DNA of 64,000 nt from an uncultured Bacteroidales bacterium (GTDB lineage Bacteria; Bacteroidota; Bacteroidia; Bacteroidales; UBA7960). Both the position numbers and the translations under genes were made by a program. This document shows, piece by piece, positions 26,879 through 36,384 of the stretch (positions are counted from its first letter, which is position 1; each line of letters starts with the position of its first letter). The notes below the pieces were generated by a model that saw only the letters and a program-made list of their open reading frames with translations, was not told where the DNA came from and did not search any database. The stretch is from positions 8,490 through 72,489 of the forward strand of contig CAYXEH010000006.1 of the NCBI GenBank assembly GCA_964463915.1, read 5' to 3'.

Positions 26879-28204
26879 TTATCCCAGAACAGCCCTGGCT
26901 TTCAGCAAACATTCCTCATATTCCCTCTCCGGTACAGAGGCTGCCGTTATGGCACCACCGGCCATATACCCAAGATACGCATTTTTCGCATTGTACTGTA
27001 AACTACGGATCACCACATTGAAATCAAAGTCTTTTTCAGGGCTGATATATCCGACTGATCCTGCATACAGCCCCCTGCGGGTGTCTTCATATTGCTCTAT
27101 AAGTTCCATGGCCCTGACCTTTGGAGCTCCTGTCATCGAGCCCACGGGGAAAGCATAACGGATGGCATCCAGATAATGACAGGATGGATCCAGACGGGAA
27201 GTAATCGTAGAGATCATCTGGTGTACATGACTGAAAGAATAGATTCCGAAAAGCTCCTCCACCTTTACGCTGTCTTTTTGTGCAGAACGTGACAAATCAT
27301 TACGCATCAGGTCTACAATCATTACATTCTCGCTTCGCTCCTTAGGGTCTTCAAACAAATCCTGACGGTTTCTGGTGTCTTCGGCCATATTTCCTCCCCG
27401 GGCGCTGGTTCCCTTGATGGGCTGTGCAATCAGACGCGACCCCTGTTTCTTCATAAATCGTTCCGGACTGGCACACATGAGGTATTTGTCATCCAGCATA
27501 TAGAAACAGGAAAAAGGGGTGGGCGACGAACGATTAATCCATTCGTAACAAATCAATGGGTCAACTTCTGTGTGCTCCCGGAAAAACTCCACACAATAGT
27601 TGAGTTCATAAATGTCTCCCGCTTGTATGTGATCTTTGATGGCCTGAAGCTGGCGAAGGTAACGGGCCCTGGAAACACGGGGCTGGAGACCGGGAATACC
27701 CGGCTGAACAAAGGGGGTTTCCTCTTCTGACAACAATCCATTATATACAAAGTCCGGATCAGACAGCTTACCAAAACCGGGAAGACACCCGATACGGCAC
27801 CCACCCTCCTGGCCGGGAAGGATCACAGCCACCGGACGAAAAAAATGTGCAGGGGGCATTCCTACCGGATCCGGGTTCTCTGATTGCAGGTTTTCAAGCT
27901 GATTTTTCAGTTCATAGGAGAAAAAACCGAACAGCCAGTCGTTATGGCGTTGCTCAAAATCTTTTAACGCATCAAATGTACCACTACCATTTCCATGAAA
28001 CACATCTGCTGCCCCCACTCCCAAAACCCACGGAAAAGAAGCGTATTGATCATGCAAATAGCCGTTGGAATTCAGAAAAACTGCTGTATCCGTATGTTGC
28101 CGGGCCCAGCGGAGCAACTTAGGGTATCTGTTTCCGGAAGCCGGGAGCGTATTATAATGCCTGTAAATCCTTTCCGACATAACCACATTGATTCCAATAA
28201 TCAA
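26879..28204 (-). CDS. pabB: aminodeoxychorismate (or anthranilate) synthase component I family
   Basis: Chorismate-binding C-terminal half with SPERF, AFPVGSMTGAPK and RGLYAGSVGY. The short N-terminus favours PabB. The start is uncertain (28204 or 28177). Confidence 0.75.
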   Translation of the reverse strand: MIIGINVVMSERIYRHYNTLPASGNRYPKLLRWARQHTDTAVFLNSNGYLHDQYASFPWVLGVGAADVFHGNGSGTFDALKDFEQRHNDWLFGFFSYELKNQLENLQSENPDPVGMPPAHFFRPVAVILPGQEGGCRIGCLPGFGKLSDPDFVYNGLLSEEETPFVQPGIPGLQPRVSRARYLRQLQAIKDHIQAGDIYELNYCVEFFREHTEVDPLICYEWINRSSPTPFSCFYMLDDKYLMCASPERFMKKQGSRLIAQPIKGTSARGGNMAEDTRNRQDLFEDPKERSENVMIVDLMRNDLSRSAQKDSVKVEELFGIYSFSHVHQMISTITSRLDPSCHYLDAIRYAFPVGSMTGAPKVRAMELIEQYEDTRRGLYAGSVGYISPEKDFDFNVVIRSLQYNAKNAYLGYMAGGAITAASVPEREYEECLLKARAVLG

Positions 28205-28270
28205 AGATAGGAGTTTTATATTGTATAATAAATTGTTACTAAAGATGGGTATTGTGCGATACTGGCTTCT

Positions 28271-29110
28271 CTACCATTTAATGAGATAGTAGGGATCGTT
28301 TTTAACTTTTTCCGTAACAAAGTCATACAGTTTGCGCATACTAAAATCATAAAGCACAACACCATCTATATTGCGCTGGTTTACGATATTGGTTTTCTTC
28401 AGGTCTTTCATAAGCCTGATCTTGTTCCACCACACATACCCTTTTACCGAATAAGCTCTCCGGTTTGAATGGATTGGATAAAGGAGGGGTTTTTTAAGTA
28501 ACCCCTCTTTTATTGTATATTTTTCCCGGTAAAAATTAAGATAAGGGACGCGCTGCTCATACTCCACAAAATGCATCAAACTGCAGGTCACATAATCAAG
28601 CCCGATATTCAGGCAATGGTAATCATGATCGATCATCTGCCGGAAAATGCCATCCGGTGCAAAGGTTAAATCCCCGGCCTCGAAATGATTCTCTCCGGCA
28701 GCTATTATGGAATAACAAGGATCGTGGTTCCTGAAATGACGGTCTGTGAAAAACTGCCTGGCGAAAGCTCCATAGGCCGGAATTTCTTTTTCGGGATTGA
28801 AAACCCTGGTTTTTCTAACCCCGGGGGTGAAAGCCTGGGAAACAAGAACATCAAAATTCCCCAGCAATAAATCCCGCAAATAGGTGTATGTATCTGCACG
28901 GCCTGTAAAATGCCTTACCGCCGAAAGGGACACATGGACAAAAATCCTGTTGGCCGGTATTCCCCTGATATATTTTTCAAAAGATACCCCGGCCTTTTTG
29001 CTGTATGCAGTTTTTTTTCGCAGCCGGGGAAGTTTTTTGATATGGCGCCTGATATAAAAATAGATAACAGTACTGTAGACGCTAAGTTTTCTGATTAACA
29101 ACTTAATCAT
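28271..29110 (-). CDS. AAC(3)-family (Antibiotic_NAT fold) N-acetyltransferase-like protein
   Basis: The VHVSLSAV..TG, NHDPCYSIIAAG and TCSLMHFVEYEQRVPY spacing mirrors the VHSSLS / HP..S.AA.G / T..H.AE pattern of AAC(3)/YokD proteins. The call is by eye. Confidence 0.5.
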   Translation of the reverse strand: MIKLLIRKLSVYSTVIYFYIRRHIKKLPRLRKKTAYSKKAGVSFEKYIRGIPANRIFVHVSLSAVRHFTGRADTYTYLRDLLLGNFDVLVSQAFTPGVRKTRVFNPEKEIPAYGAFARQFFTDRHFRNHDPCYSIIAAGENHFEAGDLTFAPDGIFRQMIDHDYHCLNIGLDYVTCSLMHFVEYEQRVPYLNFYREKYTIKEGLLKKPLLYPIHSNRRAYSVKGYVWWNKIRLMKDLKKTNIVNQRNIDGVVLYDFSMRKLYDFVTEKVKNDPYYLIKW

Positions 29111-29156
29111 ATCTTAAAAAGATTATAAAAATGGCCACTGACAATGCCGCTGAATT

Positions 29157-30656
29157 TTATTGCCGTTTAAAATACTTGTTGATATTCAACAGCAACTTAC
29201 CCACCCATAAATTTAAATCTTCCGATATTCTTAGTTTCCACACAGGTAATAAAAACAAAGCGGCGGCAATTATTGAGCGCAAAGTTATATCGGTCAGCAT
29301 ATTCGGCGCGCGGTCAACCTGGCCGGATGCCACCATGAGAAGGACCAGCAGAACCGGAACCCATAAATGCTTCCATTCAAAAGGTTGTATGCCGAAATAC
29401 ATATATATATATACAAGTCGAACAATATTAAACAACAGCAATGTAAGCATACTGGCAAGTGCTGCCCCTTCAGCTCCCAGAGATGGAATCAGCAGATAAT
29501 TGGCAAGAATTGCAAAGCCAACCATTCCGATGGTAAAAAACAGGTCGTAACGATATTTTTTGGATGTTGTCAGAATGGTTGCATTCAGTCCGGCACTCAT
29601 ATCAAAAAGTTTTCCAATCCCCAGCAACAGAAAAATATAACGTCCTGCCTGATATTCAGGAGGCATGAACTGAAAAACAGAATCCAGATTGATCCATAGC
29701 AGCAAAAACAAGGTCGCCCCAACCACAAGGTTGGCTGCAGTGGCCTTTTTGTAAACCTGTTCCATCCGGGTCATATCCCTCATTTTCCAGTAAGAGGCGA
29801 TCAGCGGTCCGGAAACCTTCACCATGGACCGATATGGGATGAGCATTACCGAACTTATAAAGATCATGGTAGTATAAATCCCGGCAGTTCTAAGATCGAT
29901 CATGCCTCCAACCATCAGGGAATCGATGCTGATCAGCAGGAAGGTGCTAAGATTGTTTAACAGAGAATACAAGCCAAACACCAACATGATTTTGGCCAGG
30001 CGCCTGAGCAGTGGAGTCCATGCAGGCCTTACCTGCAGCCATCCTTTTATTGCTGTGTAAGAAATCAGAATAACAGCAGGCATACAATAAGCAAGCACAT
30101 AGATCGTCACAAATTCCGGGAAAGAGATTATTCCCACCGCGAATAAACTAACCGAAACTGTCACAAGTAAGCGCAATATCACCTCATGGGTAACAGAGGG
30201 TATGATGTTATTATAGAGACAACGGAGATAAGACTCAAACAGATTAAAAAATAAGGTGGCAAGGCCAAGCGGGATCACATAAACGGCATACTCTACCAGT
30301 AAAGGGCTGGAGTCCTGGTAAAGAAAGGCAAGGGGTTGCCGGAAGAGAATAAAAAGCAAAGTGGTGAGGGTAAATCCGGCGAGTGAAAATGCCATTATCC
30401 CGAACAAAAACCCATGATGCTGATTTTTCGGATCATTGAAAAAAGGGAAAAAACGGAGAATTATATTCCTGGACCCAAGGGCTGATACCTGGGCGTAAAT
30501 AAGAGAAATGGTGATTATCAGGTTGGCAAGCCCCACCTGTTCAGTGGTCAGAAAATTGGTAAACAAAAAAAGCTTATTCAGGTAACCGATCACGGCGCCT
30601 GCATAAGCAATCAGGGAAATGCGAAAACTGTCACGCTCAACGATGCCCATGGCCAA
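29157..30656 (-). CDS. MOP-superfamily polysaccharide/oligosaccharide flippase (Wzx-like)
   Basis: 499 aa, about 12-14 TM helices, and a typical Polysacc_synt N-terminus. Confidence 0.7.
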   Translation of the reverse strand: MAMGIVERDSFRISLIAYAGAVIGYLNKLFLFTNFLTTEQVGLANLIITISLIYAQVSALGSRNIILRFFPFFNDPKNQHHGFLFGIMAFSLAGFTLTTLLFILFRQPLAFLYQDSSPLLVEYAVYVIPLGLATLFFNLFESYLRCLYNNIIPSVTHEVILRLLVTVSVSLFAVGIISFPEFVTIYVLAYCMPAVILISYTAIKGWLQVRPAWTPLLRRLAKIMLVFGLYSLLNNLSTFLLISIDSLMVGGMIDLRTAGIYTTMIFISSVMLIPYRSMVKVSGPLIASYWKMRDMTRMEQVYKKATAANLVVGATLFLLLWINLDSVFQFMPPEYQAGRYIFLLLGIGKLFDMSAGLNATILTTSKKYRYDLFFTIGMVGFAILANYLLIPSLGAEGAALASMLTLLLFNIVRLVYIYMYFGIQPFEWKHLWVPVLLVLLMVASGQVDRAPNMLTDITLRSIIAAALFLLPVWKLRISEDLNLWVGKLLLNINKYFKRQ

Positions 30657-30763
30657 TGTTTATCAAAACAAATGTACACGAAATTTATTTGATGGATTTC
30701 TTTTGCCCGAAATGAGGAGGGCCGGGCGGGGATGGTCTGAACCAAATCTCCCACGGGAAGGCA

Positions 30764-31726
30764 TTAAGCGGGGATCAGGGCATCTGCATTGCGGTAAAAA
30801 ATATTCTCCAGTTTTTCTGAAGGGAGCTTCAGGGAGCGGATCAGGGACTCATGACCGTAACTGGTATTGTCTGTTCCGAAAAGAATTTTCCGGTGATGTT
30901 TTTCCAAAAACATTTTTGCCTTACGGGGATCACGACGCATGGCATTGTATCCGCTTTTCCCGGAAATATCACAGTAAAGGTTGTCATAACAGGACAGGAG
31001 ACGGTCAATGATCCCAAACTGATCGATACGCCCTTTTTCATGAAACAATATTCCCGGGCGAACTGAAGCAATGTTATTCCAGAAATGTGGTCCATGGGCG
31101 ATAAACACCTGCCCGGGGAATTGCTTCAGGCGTTTTTCCAATCCGGCAAAATCATACAAATAACCGGGAAAAAATGTAAGATGATCTTCAATATGATCCT
31201 TAAGAATAGATGTTTTTTTGGAAAACCGGAGCAGCAGGTTTTTGACAATCCCGTTCAGGGCACCGTTTAACAACAAATTCAACGTGTTTTCAAATATGTC
31301 GGGCTTCCGGGGCACATAATGCATCCTGGGTTCTTCCATATGAAAAAGCAAAGGAAGCTGGTGCCTGTCAATTACTTTCAGATATGACTCCAGTCGCTGA
31401 TCTTCCCACTGGTGGGTCACTTTCAGTTCTCCGCAACCCTTCAGGCCATGCTCCTTGTACCGGATGATTCTTTGCTCCAGCTGATCGGTTTTGGGGTCCG
31501 GGGCATAAAAAGGAACCACCCGGTCGGGATATTTGGCATTAGCAGCAAACACCTCTTCAGGAGGAAGATGTTGGTATAACATGTCAATGGGTGCTTCCTC
31601 TTCTTCCCAGGTAAGCAACCAGCACCTTTCAATCCGGTGTTTGTCCAGGTAGGTTATCAACTGATCGGCATCCAGCCCTCCCAACCCGACATGCAAATGT
31701 GCATCAATCTTCCGCATATATCCCAC
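30764..31726 (-). CDS. amidohydrolase-fold (TIM-barrel metal-dependent hydrolase) protein
   Basis: N-terminal IDAHLHVG metal motif and C-terminal ILFGTDN. The substrate is unknown. Confidence 0.55.
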   Translation of the reverse strand: MGYMRKIDAHLHVGLGGLDADQLITYLDKHRIERCWLLTWEEEEAPIDMLYQHLPPEEVFAANAKYPDRVVPFYAPDPKTDQLEQRIIRYKEHGLKGCGELKVTHQWEDQRLESYLKVIDRHQLPLLFHMEEPRMHYVPRKPDIFENTLNLLLNGALNGIVKNLLLRFSKKTSILKDHIEDHLTFFPGYLYDFAGLEKRLKQFPGQVFIAHGPHFWNNIASVRPGILFHEKGRIDQFGIIDRLLSCYDNLYCDISGKSGYNAMRRDPRKAKMFLEKHHRKILFGTDNTSYGHESLIRSLKLPSEKLENIFYRNADALIPA

Positions 31727-31798
31727 AAAGATACAAAAACAGCCATTGACCCCGATGACTGGACAGGATCAATGGCTGCTTGTTAAAGAGATTGAGTA

Positions 31799-32836
31799 TT
31801 ATTTGATCTCCCAGGTATTCCCGCTGTTAAGCAGGTCATTCACTGTCTGAATTTCAGAGGTCTTTTTGGCGGTTTCAATCTGCAACTGGGTCAACTCATC
31901 ATAAGTGTCGGCCGGGGCTGAACGAATCACGCCCATAGCCACCGGAAAGTCAGGTGCCTTCATGCGGCCGATCATACGATGAATACTGGGGTCTGTACTG
32001 TATTGATCATGAACCAGCAGATCCCCCTCAGTGATTCCCTCCTTGCCGATTTCCACCACTTCCAGCCGGTTACCCCGCAACACGATCCCCTTGTCACGAT
32101 TCTTGCCGAAGATCAGGGGCTCTCCGTGCTTAAGGAATAACTGCCTGTCTTCACGGGTCTGTCGGTTGGTGATTTCTCCGTGAATATCGTCTGCAAAGAT
32201 GACACAATTCTGCAGGATTTCCACCACAGACGTTCCGTCATGCTTGGCGGCCTCATACATTACTTCTGACATCAGTTTGATGTTGTTGTCAGGAACCCGT
32301 GCAAAGAATGTCCCCTGGGCACCCATCACCAGGCCGGATACCGTGAAAGGATGTTCTATGGTACCGTGCGGCGAGGTTTTCGTCACCGACCCCATGGGGG
32401 TGGTGGGAGAAAACTGACCTTTGGTCAGGCCATAAATCCTGTTGTTGAACAACATGATATTGATGTCGATATTGCGCCGCAACACATGAATGAAGTGGTT
32501 CCCGCCAATTGCCATGGAGTCGCCATCACCGGTGGCCACCCACACACTGAGACCCGGATTGGCTACCTTGACTCCGCTGGCGATGGCTGCTGCACGCCCA
32601 TGAATTCCGTGGAAGCCAAATGTATCCACATAGTATGGAAATCTTGAAGAGCACCCGATCCCTGAGATCATGGTAAAATTTTCCTTGCGATAACCAATTT
32701 TGGGAAAAACGTTTGATACTGCAGCCAGGATGGCATGTGCGCCACAACCGGGGCACCATTTTACCATCTGGTCACTCACAAAATCCTGCTTGGTAAGTTC
32801 TACTGGAGACTTGGATACTTTTTTATTTTCTAACAT
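31799..32836 (-). CDS. korB: 2-oxoglutarate:ferredoxin oxidoreductase, beta (TPP-binding) subunit
   Basis: WCPGCGAH, the GDGD..AIGGNH TPP motif, and a size of 345 aa. Confidence 0.9.
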   Translation of the reverse strand: MLENKKVSKSPVELTKQDFVSDQMVKWCPGCGAHAILAAVSNVFPKIGYRKENFTMISGIGCSSRFPYYVDTFGFHGIHGRAAAIASGVKVANPGLSVWVATGDGDSMAIGGNHFIHVLRRNIDINIMLFNNRIYGLTKGQFSPTTPMGSVTKTSPHGTIEHPFTVSGLVMGAQGTFFARVPDNNIKLMSEVMYEAAKHDGTSVVEILQNCVIFADDIHGEITNRQTREDRQLFLKHGEPLIFGKNRDKGIVLRGNRLEVVEIGKEGITEGDLLVHDQYSTDPSIHRMIGRMKAPDFPVAMGVIRSAPADTYDELTQLQIETAKKTSEIQTVNDLLNSGNTWEIK

Positions 32837-32838
32837 AT

Positions 32839-34686
32839 TTATTTCTCCTCCAATAATTTGGTGAATGTTTCCGTGAGTTCCTGAACGTGGAAAGGCAGTC
32901 CCTGCACCTTATTAAACTGATGATAAGAAAATTCGGGATAAAGCATGCGCAGATAATTGACAAACTGCCCGCTATTGAGCTCACAAACCACAATATTCCT
33001 GAATCCTGCCAACAACTCCCTGGTATTCCTGGGTAACGGCTTGATAAAGTTAAATTGTGCATGGCTGACTTTATGTCCCTCTGCCTGCATGCGATTCACC
33101 GTTGAACGCAGGGCGCCCTCTGTACCACCCCAACCTACGACAAGTAAGTCTCCGGTAGTATCTCCACTCACTTCCTGAAGGGGAATGTAATCGGCAATGC
33201 GGTTTACCTTCTCTTCCCTGATATTAACCATCAACTGGTGGTTTAACGGGTCGGTGGACACATTTCCGTCAATGTTTGTTTTTTCAAGTCCGCCGATACG
33301 ATGCCTCAGACCTTCCACGCCGGGAAGCGCCCATTTACGCACCAGGGTTTTCTCATCCCTGCGGTATGGTTTGAATTTAGGATCATTGGGATCGGCCATT
33401 GGTGGTTTGATCCGGGGCATTTGATTCACATCCGGGATATGAAACAGTTCGGAACCGAACCCCAGGTACCCGTCTGTCAGCAAGATTACCGGTGTCATGT
33501 GCTCCATAGAATATTTGGCCGCCAGGTAAGCATATTCAAAACAATTCGATGAACTGGAAGCAGCCATTACCATGAGCGGGCTCTCCCCGTTGCGGCCGAA
33601 TAACGCCTGCATCAGGTCAGATTGCTCACTTTTCGTAGGCAGCCCGGTTGAAGGACCTCCCCGCTGCACATTGACAATGACCAGGGGCAATTCGGTAATC
33701 ACCGCCAGGCCAAGGGCTTCGCTTTTCAAGGATAGTCCGGGGCCGGAAGTGGTCGTTACTGCCATCGAGCCGGTGAAACTGGCTCCAATGGCTGAACAAA
33801 TCCCCGCAATCTCATCCTCTGCCTGAAACACTTTGGCGCCAAGAGACTTGTGCTTGGACAGTTCCATCAATATTTCCGTAGCAGGGGTAATTGGATAGGA
33901 TCCCAGGAAGAGTGGCCGTCCACTTCTCTCGGAGGCAGCAAGCAAACCCCACGCGGTAGCAATGTTCCCGGTGATATTCCGGTACCAGCCCTTTTTCAAC
34001 GGTGCAGGATCCACCTTAAACACAAATTCAATGTCATCGGCTTTTGCCGCGTAATCATAGCCTGCCTGCATGGCTGCCTGATTGGCCTTGATCACTTCCG
34101 GTTTACCGGCGAACTTTTCCTTGAGAAAAGCCCTTGGTTTATCCAACTCACGGCCAAACAAAAAGAATATTAATCCCAGCACAAACATATTTTTCGTGCG
34201 CGCTGCCATCCGCTTATCGATACCCATTTCAGTCAGACTTTCCTGGGTGAGACTTGCAATGGGGACCCTGATCACATGGTACTCATCGAGTGAACCGTCC
34301 TCCAGGGGATTCTCTGTATAGCCGGCTTTCTCTATTGCTTTTCCTTCAAATGAAGAAGAATCAATCACAAGGGTGGCTCCCGGTTTGGCCCATTTCAAAT
34401 TGGCACGCAGGGAAGCCGGGTTCATAGCAACGATCACATCACACATGTCGCCGGAAGTATAAATTTTCCTTTTCCCCATGTGCATTTGGAAACCGCTAAC
34501 ACCGGCGATGGTATTGTGAGGAGCCCTGATTTCCGCCGGAAAATCAGGGAATGTGGCCAGGTCATTGCCCGACAAAGCAGCCACGTCGGAAAAAATGGTA
34601 CCTGTCAGCTGCATTCCGTCACCGGAATCGCCCACAAATTTAACCACCACATCCTCTAATTCTCTTACATCATGATTTTTTACCAT
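32839..34686 (-). CDS. korA: 2-oxoglutarate:ferredoxin oxidoreductase, alpha subunit
   Basis: FVGDSGDGMQLTG plus a fused gamma/alpha domain order. The start is placed at Met33 (cat at 34684..34686). The stop lies 2 nt before the korB start. Confidence 0.9.
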   Translation of the reverse strand: MVKNHDVRELEDVVVKFVGDSGDGMQLTGTIFSDVAALSGNDLATFPDFPAEIRAPHNTIAGVSGFQMHMGKRKIYTSGDMCDVIVAMNPASLRANLKWAKPGATLVIDSSSFEGKAIEKAGYTENPLEDGSLDEYHVIRVPIASLTQESLTEMGIDKRMAARTKNMFVLGLIFFLFGRELDKPRAFLKEKFAGKPEVIKANQAAMQAGYDYAAKADDIEFVFKVDPAPLKKGWYRNITGNIATAWGLLAASERSGRPLFLGSYPITPATEILMELSKHKSLGAKVFQAEDEIAGICSAIGASFTGSMAVTTTSGPGLSLKSEALGLAVITELPLVIVNVQRGGPSTGLPTKSEQSDLMQALFGRNGESPLMVMAASSSSNCFEYAYLAAKYSMEHMTPVILLTDGYLGFGSELFHIPDVNQMPRIKPPMADPNDPKFKPYRRDEKTLVRKWALPGVEGLRHRIGGLEKTNIDGNVSTDPLNHQLMVNIREEKVNRIADYIPLQEVSGDTTGDLLVVGWGGTEGALRSTVNRMQAEGHKVSHAQFNFIKPLPRNTRELLAGFRNIVVCELNSGQFVNYLRMLYPEFSYHQFNKVQGLPFHVQELTETFTKLLEEK

Positions 34687-34915
34687 AACGAACAACTGTT
34701 TTTTATAGATAAGAAGCTGAAAGGTTTTACACCTAAACCGTTTATAAGCAATTAATTCTGCGAATTTACATGATTCTGACATATCCGCTTAGAAAAATCG
34801 GTACTTTTTTCTTTCTTCTGAAGGATGTAACGGCCTGTGATCAATAATTTTATTTAAATCAATTTCAAATTAAAACCCCAGAGAAAAATTATGTGAAATC
34901 ATTTATGAAAGCCCG

Positions 34916-34923
34916 TATATTTG
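34916..34923 (+). promoter_or_regulatory. candidate -7 box (TATATTTG) for the ferredoxin gene
   Basis: Exact TAnnTTTG match 44 nt upstream of the ATG at 34967. I found no clean -33 TTTG. Confidence 0.35.
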
Positions 34924-34966
34924 TGGCGAGAATTAACCGATTTTAGAAACCAAAAAAGACAAAGAG

Positions 34967-35134
34967 ATGGCTTACATTATCAATGAAGATTGCACTGCAT
35001 GCGGCAGTTGCATTGACGAATGCCCGGTTGATGCTATTTCTGAGGGTGATATTTACAAAATTGATCCTGACGTATGTACCGACTGCGGTGCTTGTGCAGA
35101 CGTCTGCCCCGTAGAAGCAATTCACCCTGCATAA
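34967..35134 (+). CDS. 2x[4Fe-4S] ferredoxin (55 aa; below the ORF-track cutoff)
   Basis: Hand translation gives MAYIINEDCTACGSCIDECPVDAISEGDIYKIDPDVCTDCGACADVCPVEAIHPA. It contains two CxxCxxCxxxCP motifs. Confidence 0.85.
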   Translation: MAYIINEDCTACGSCIDECPVDAISEGDIYKIDPDVCTDCGACADVCPVEAIHPA

Positions 35135-35174
35135 GACCCGTCTGACCGGGTCTTCCCGGGTCAGAACAGAAAAA

Positions 35175-35207
35175 AGCCTGCATAATTTAATATGCGGGCT
35201 TTTTTTA
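35175..35207 (+). terminator. intrinsic terminator after the ferredoxin gene
   Basis: AGCCTGCATA, loop ATTTAA, TATGCGGGCT (one G-U pair), followed by T7. Confidence 0.75.
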
Positions 35208-35338
35208 TTGCGTTGTTTTTTTGATTTATTTTTGCAGTCAGCACCATCATTACCTGGAACCCGTAATCAGGGATCCATATTTAAACAATAACTTTGACGC
35301 CCGAAGATCATACAACTCAGAACTCCCCGGACGGCACC

Positions 35339-36127
35339 ATGACTTTCTGGAGCCACCTGGAGGAATTGCGTGGTCATCTGATCCGATCGGCCATCGCCGT
35401 AGTGGTATTTGCCATTGCAGCTTTTGCCACCAAAGATTTTCTCTTCAGCAATATCATCCTTGCCCCCAAAGAACCCTACTTTTTCACAAACAGGGTTTTT
35501 TGCTGGCTTGCACAGCAGCTGTCCATACCGGCCTTATGCATCAATGCAGATCCTGTACAACTGATCAATATTGACCTTGCCGGACAATTCACCACCCATG
35601 TGGTGGTTTCCCTGATCGTAGGAATTATTATTTCCATCCCCTATATCGTATGGGAAATATGGCGTTTTATACGTCCAGGGCTCAATCCGGCTGAGAAGGC
35701 CAATTCCAGGTGGGCCGTGGTGGTTATCTCCGGTCTTTTTCTTACCGGTGTGCTGTTTGCCTATTTTTTAATCGTGCCTTTATCCATTAACTTCCTGGGG
35801 TCTTACCAGGTAAGCGGACTGGTCAGCAACCAGATCGCACTCCGTTCATTCATCACCACAGTAACCACCATCACCCTGGCCACAGGCATCCTGTTTGAGC
35901 TTCCTGTATTCGTGTTCTTCCTCAGCAAGGCAGGGATTTTGACCCCTGAAACCATGCGAAAAAACCGAAAACTTGCCTTTGTGATCATCCTTGCCCTTGC
36001 CGCCCTGATCACCCCTCCTGATGTATTCAGCCAGATCATGGTCGGCGTCCCTTTATTCCTGTTGTATGAGGCCAGCATACGCATCTCTCAACGTGTGGCT
36101 GTCAAGGAAGCTGAGGAAGGAATCTGA
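35339..36127 (+). CDS. tatC: twin-arginine translocase subunit TatC
   Basis: Begins MTFWSHLEELRGHL and has six TM helices. I use the ATG at 35339 rather than the TTG at 35294. Confidence 0.9.
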   Translation: MTFWSHLEELRGHLIRSAIAVVVFAIAAFATKDFLFSNIILAPKEPYFFTNRVFCWLAQQLSIPALCINADPVQLINIDLAGQFTTHVVVSLIVGIIISIPYIVWEIWRFIRPGLNPAEKANSRWAVVVISGLFLTGVLFAYFLIVPLSINFLGSYQVSGLVSNQIALRSFITTVTTITLATGILFELPVFVFFLSKAGILTPETMRKNRKLAFVIILALAALITPPDVFSQIMVGVPLFLLYEASIRISQRVAVKEAEEGI

Positions 36128-36320
36128 CCTTAACCCGGACATAGGCAGATGAACCAATCGCATTGATCCGGATCCCAAACACCTTAACCGGGAACCCAAC
36201 CGCATTGATCCGGATTCCAACCACATTAACCCGTATCCTACACGTTGTAACCGGGCTAACCAACCGCATTGACCCGGCCCCCATACACCATGACCGCGCA
36301 AACCGACTGCATTGACAATC
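36128..36320. repeat. degenerate 21-22-bp tandem repeat array (9 units), non-coding
   Basis: The units start at 36128, 36151, 36172, 36193, 36214, 36235, 36256, 36278 and 36299. An example is GAACCAATCGCATTGATCCGG / ATCCCAAACACCTTAACCGGG / AACCCAACCGCATTGATCCGG. The consensus is about a.cCcAAcCnCATTGAnCCGG, with a 42-bp super-period between units 2-3 and 4-5. Confidence 0.85.
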
Positions 36321-36342
36321 TGGCTATTTAGTGGTATATTTG
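36312..36342 (+). promoter_or_regulatory. candidate promoter for pruA
   Basis: TTG (36312..36314), then 20 nt, then TATATTTG (36335..36342), 43 nt upstream of the ATG at 36385. The -33 element lies in the last repeat unit. Confidence 0.4.
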
Positions 36343-36384
36343 TTTATAAAGGCATAGTAATACAAACATTTAAACGCTACCTAT

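Noticed and set aside
36053-36301. Minus-strand ORFs 36053..36301 (82 aa) and 36102..36284 (60 aa) with reiterated GSMRL / RINA segments
   Set aside because: The periodic peptide is only the 21-bp DNA repeat read in an open frame. It overlaps the tatC 3' end, has no start context, and the other frames are full of stops.
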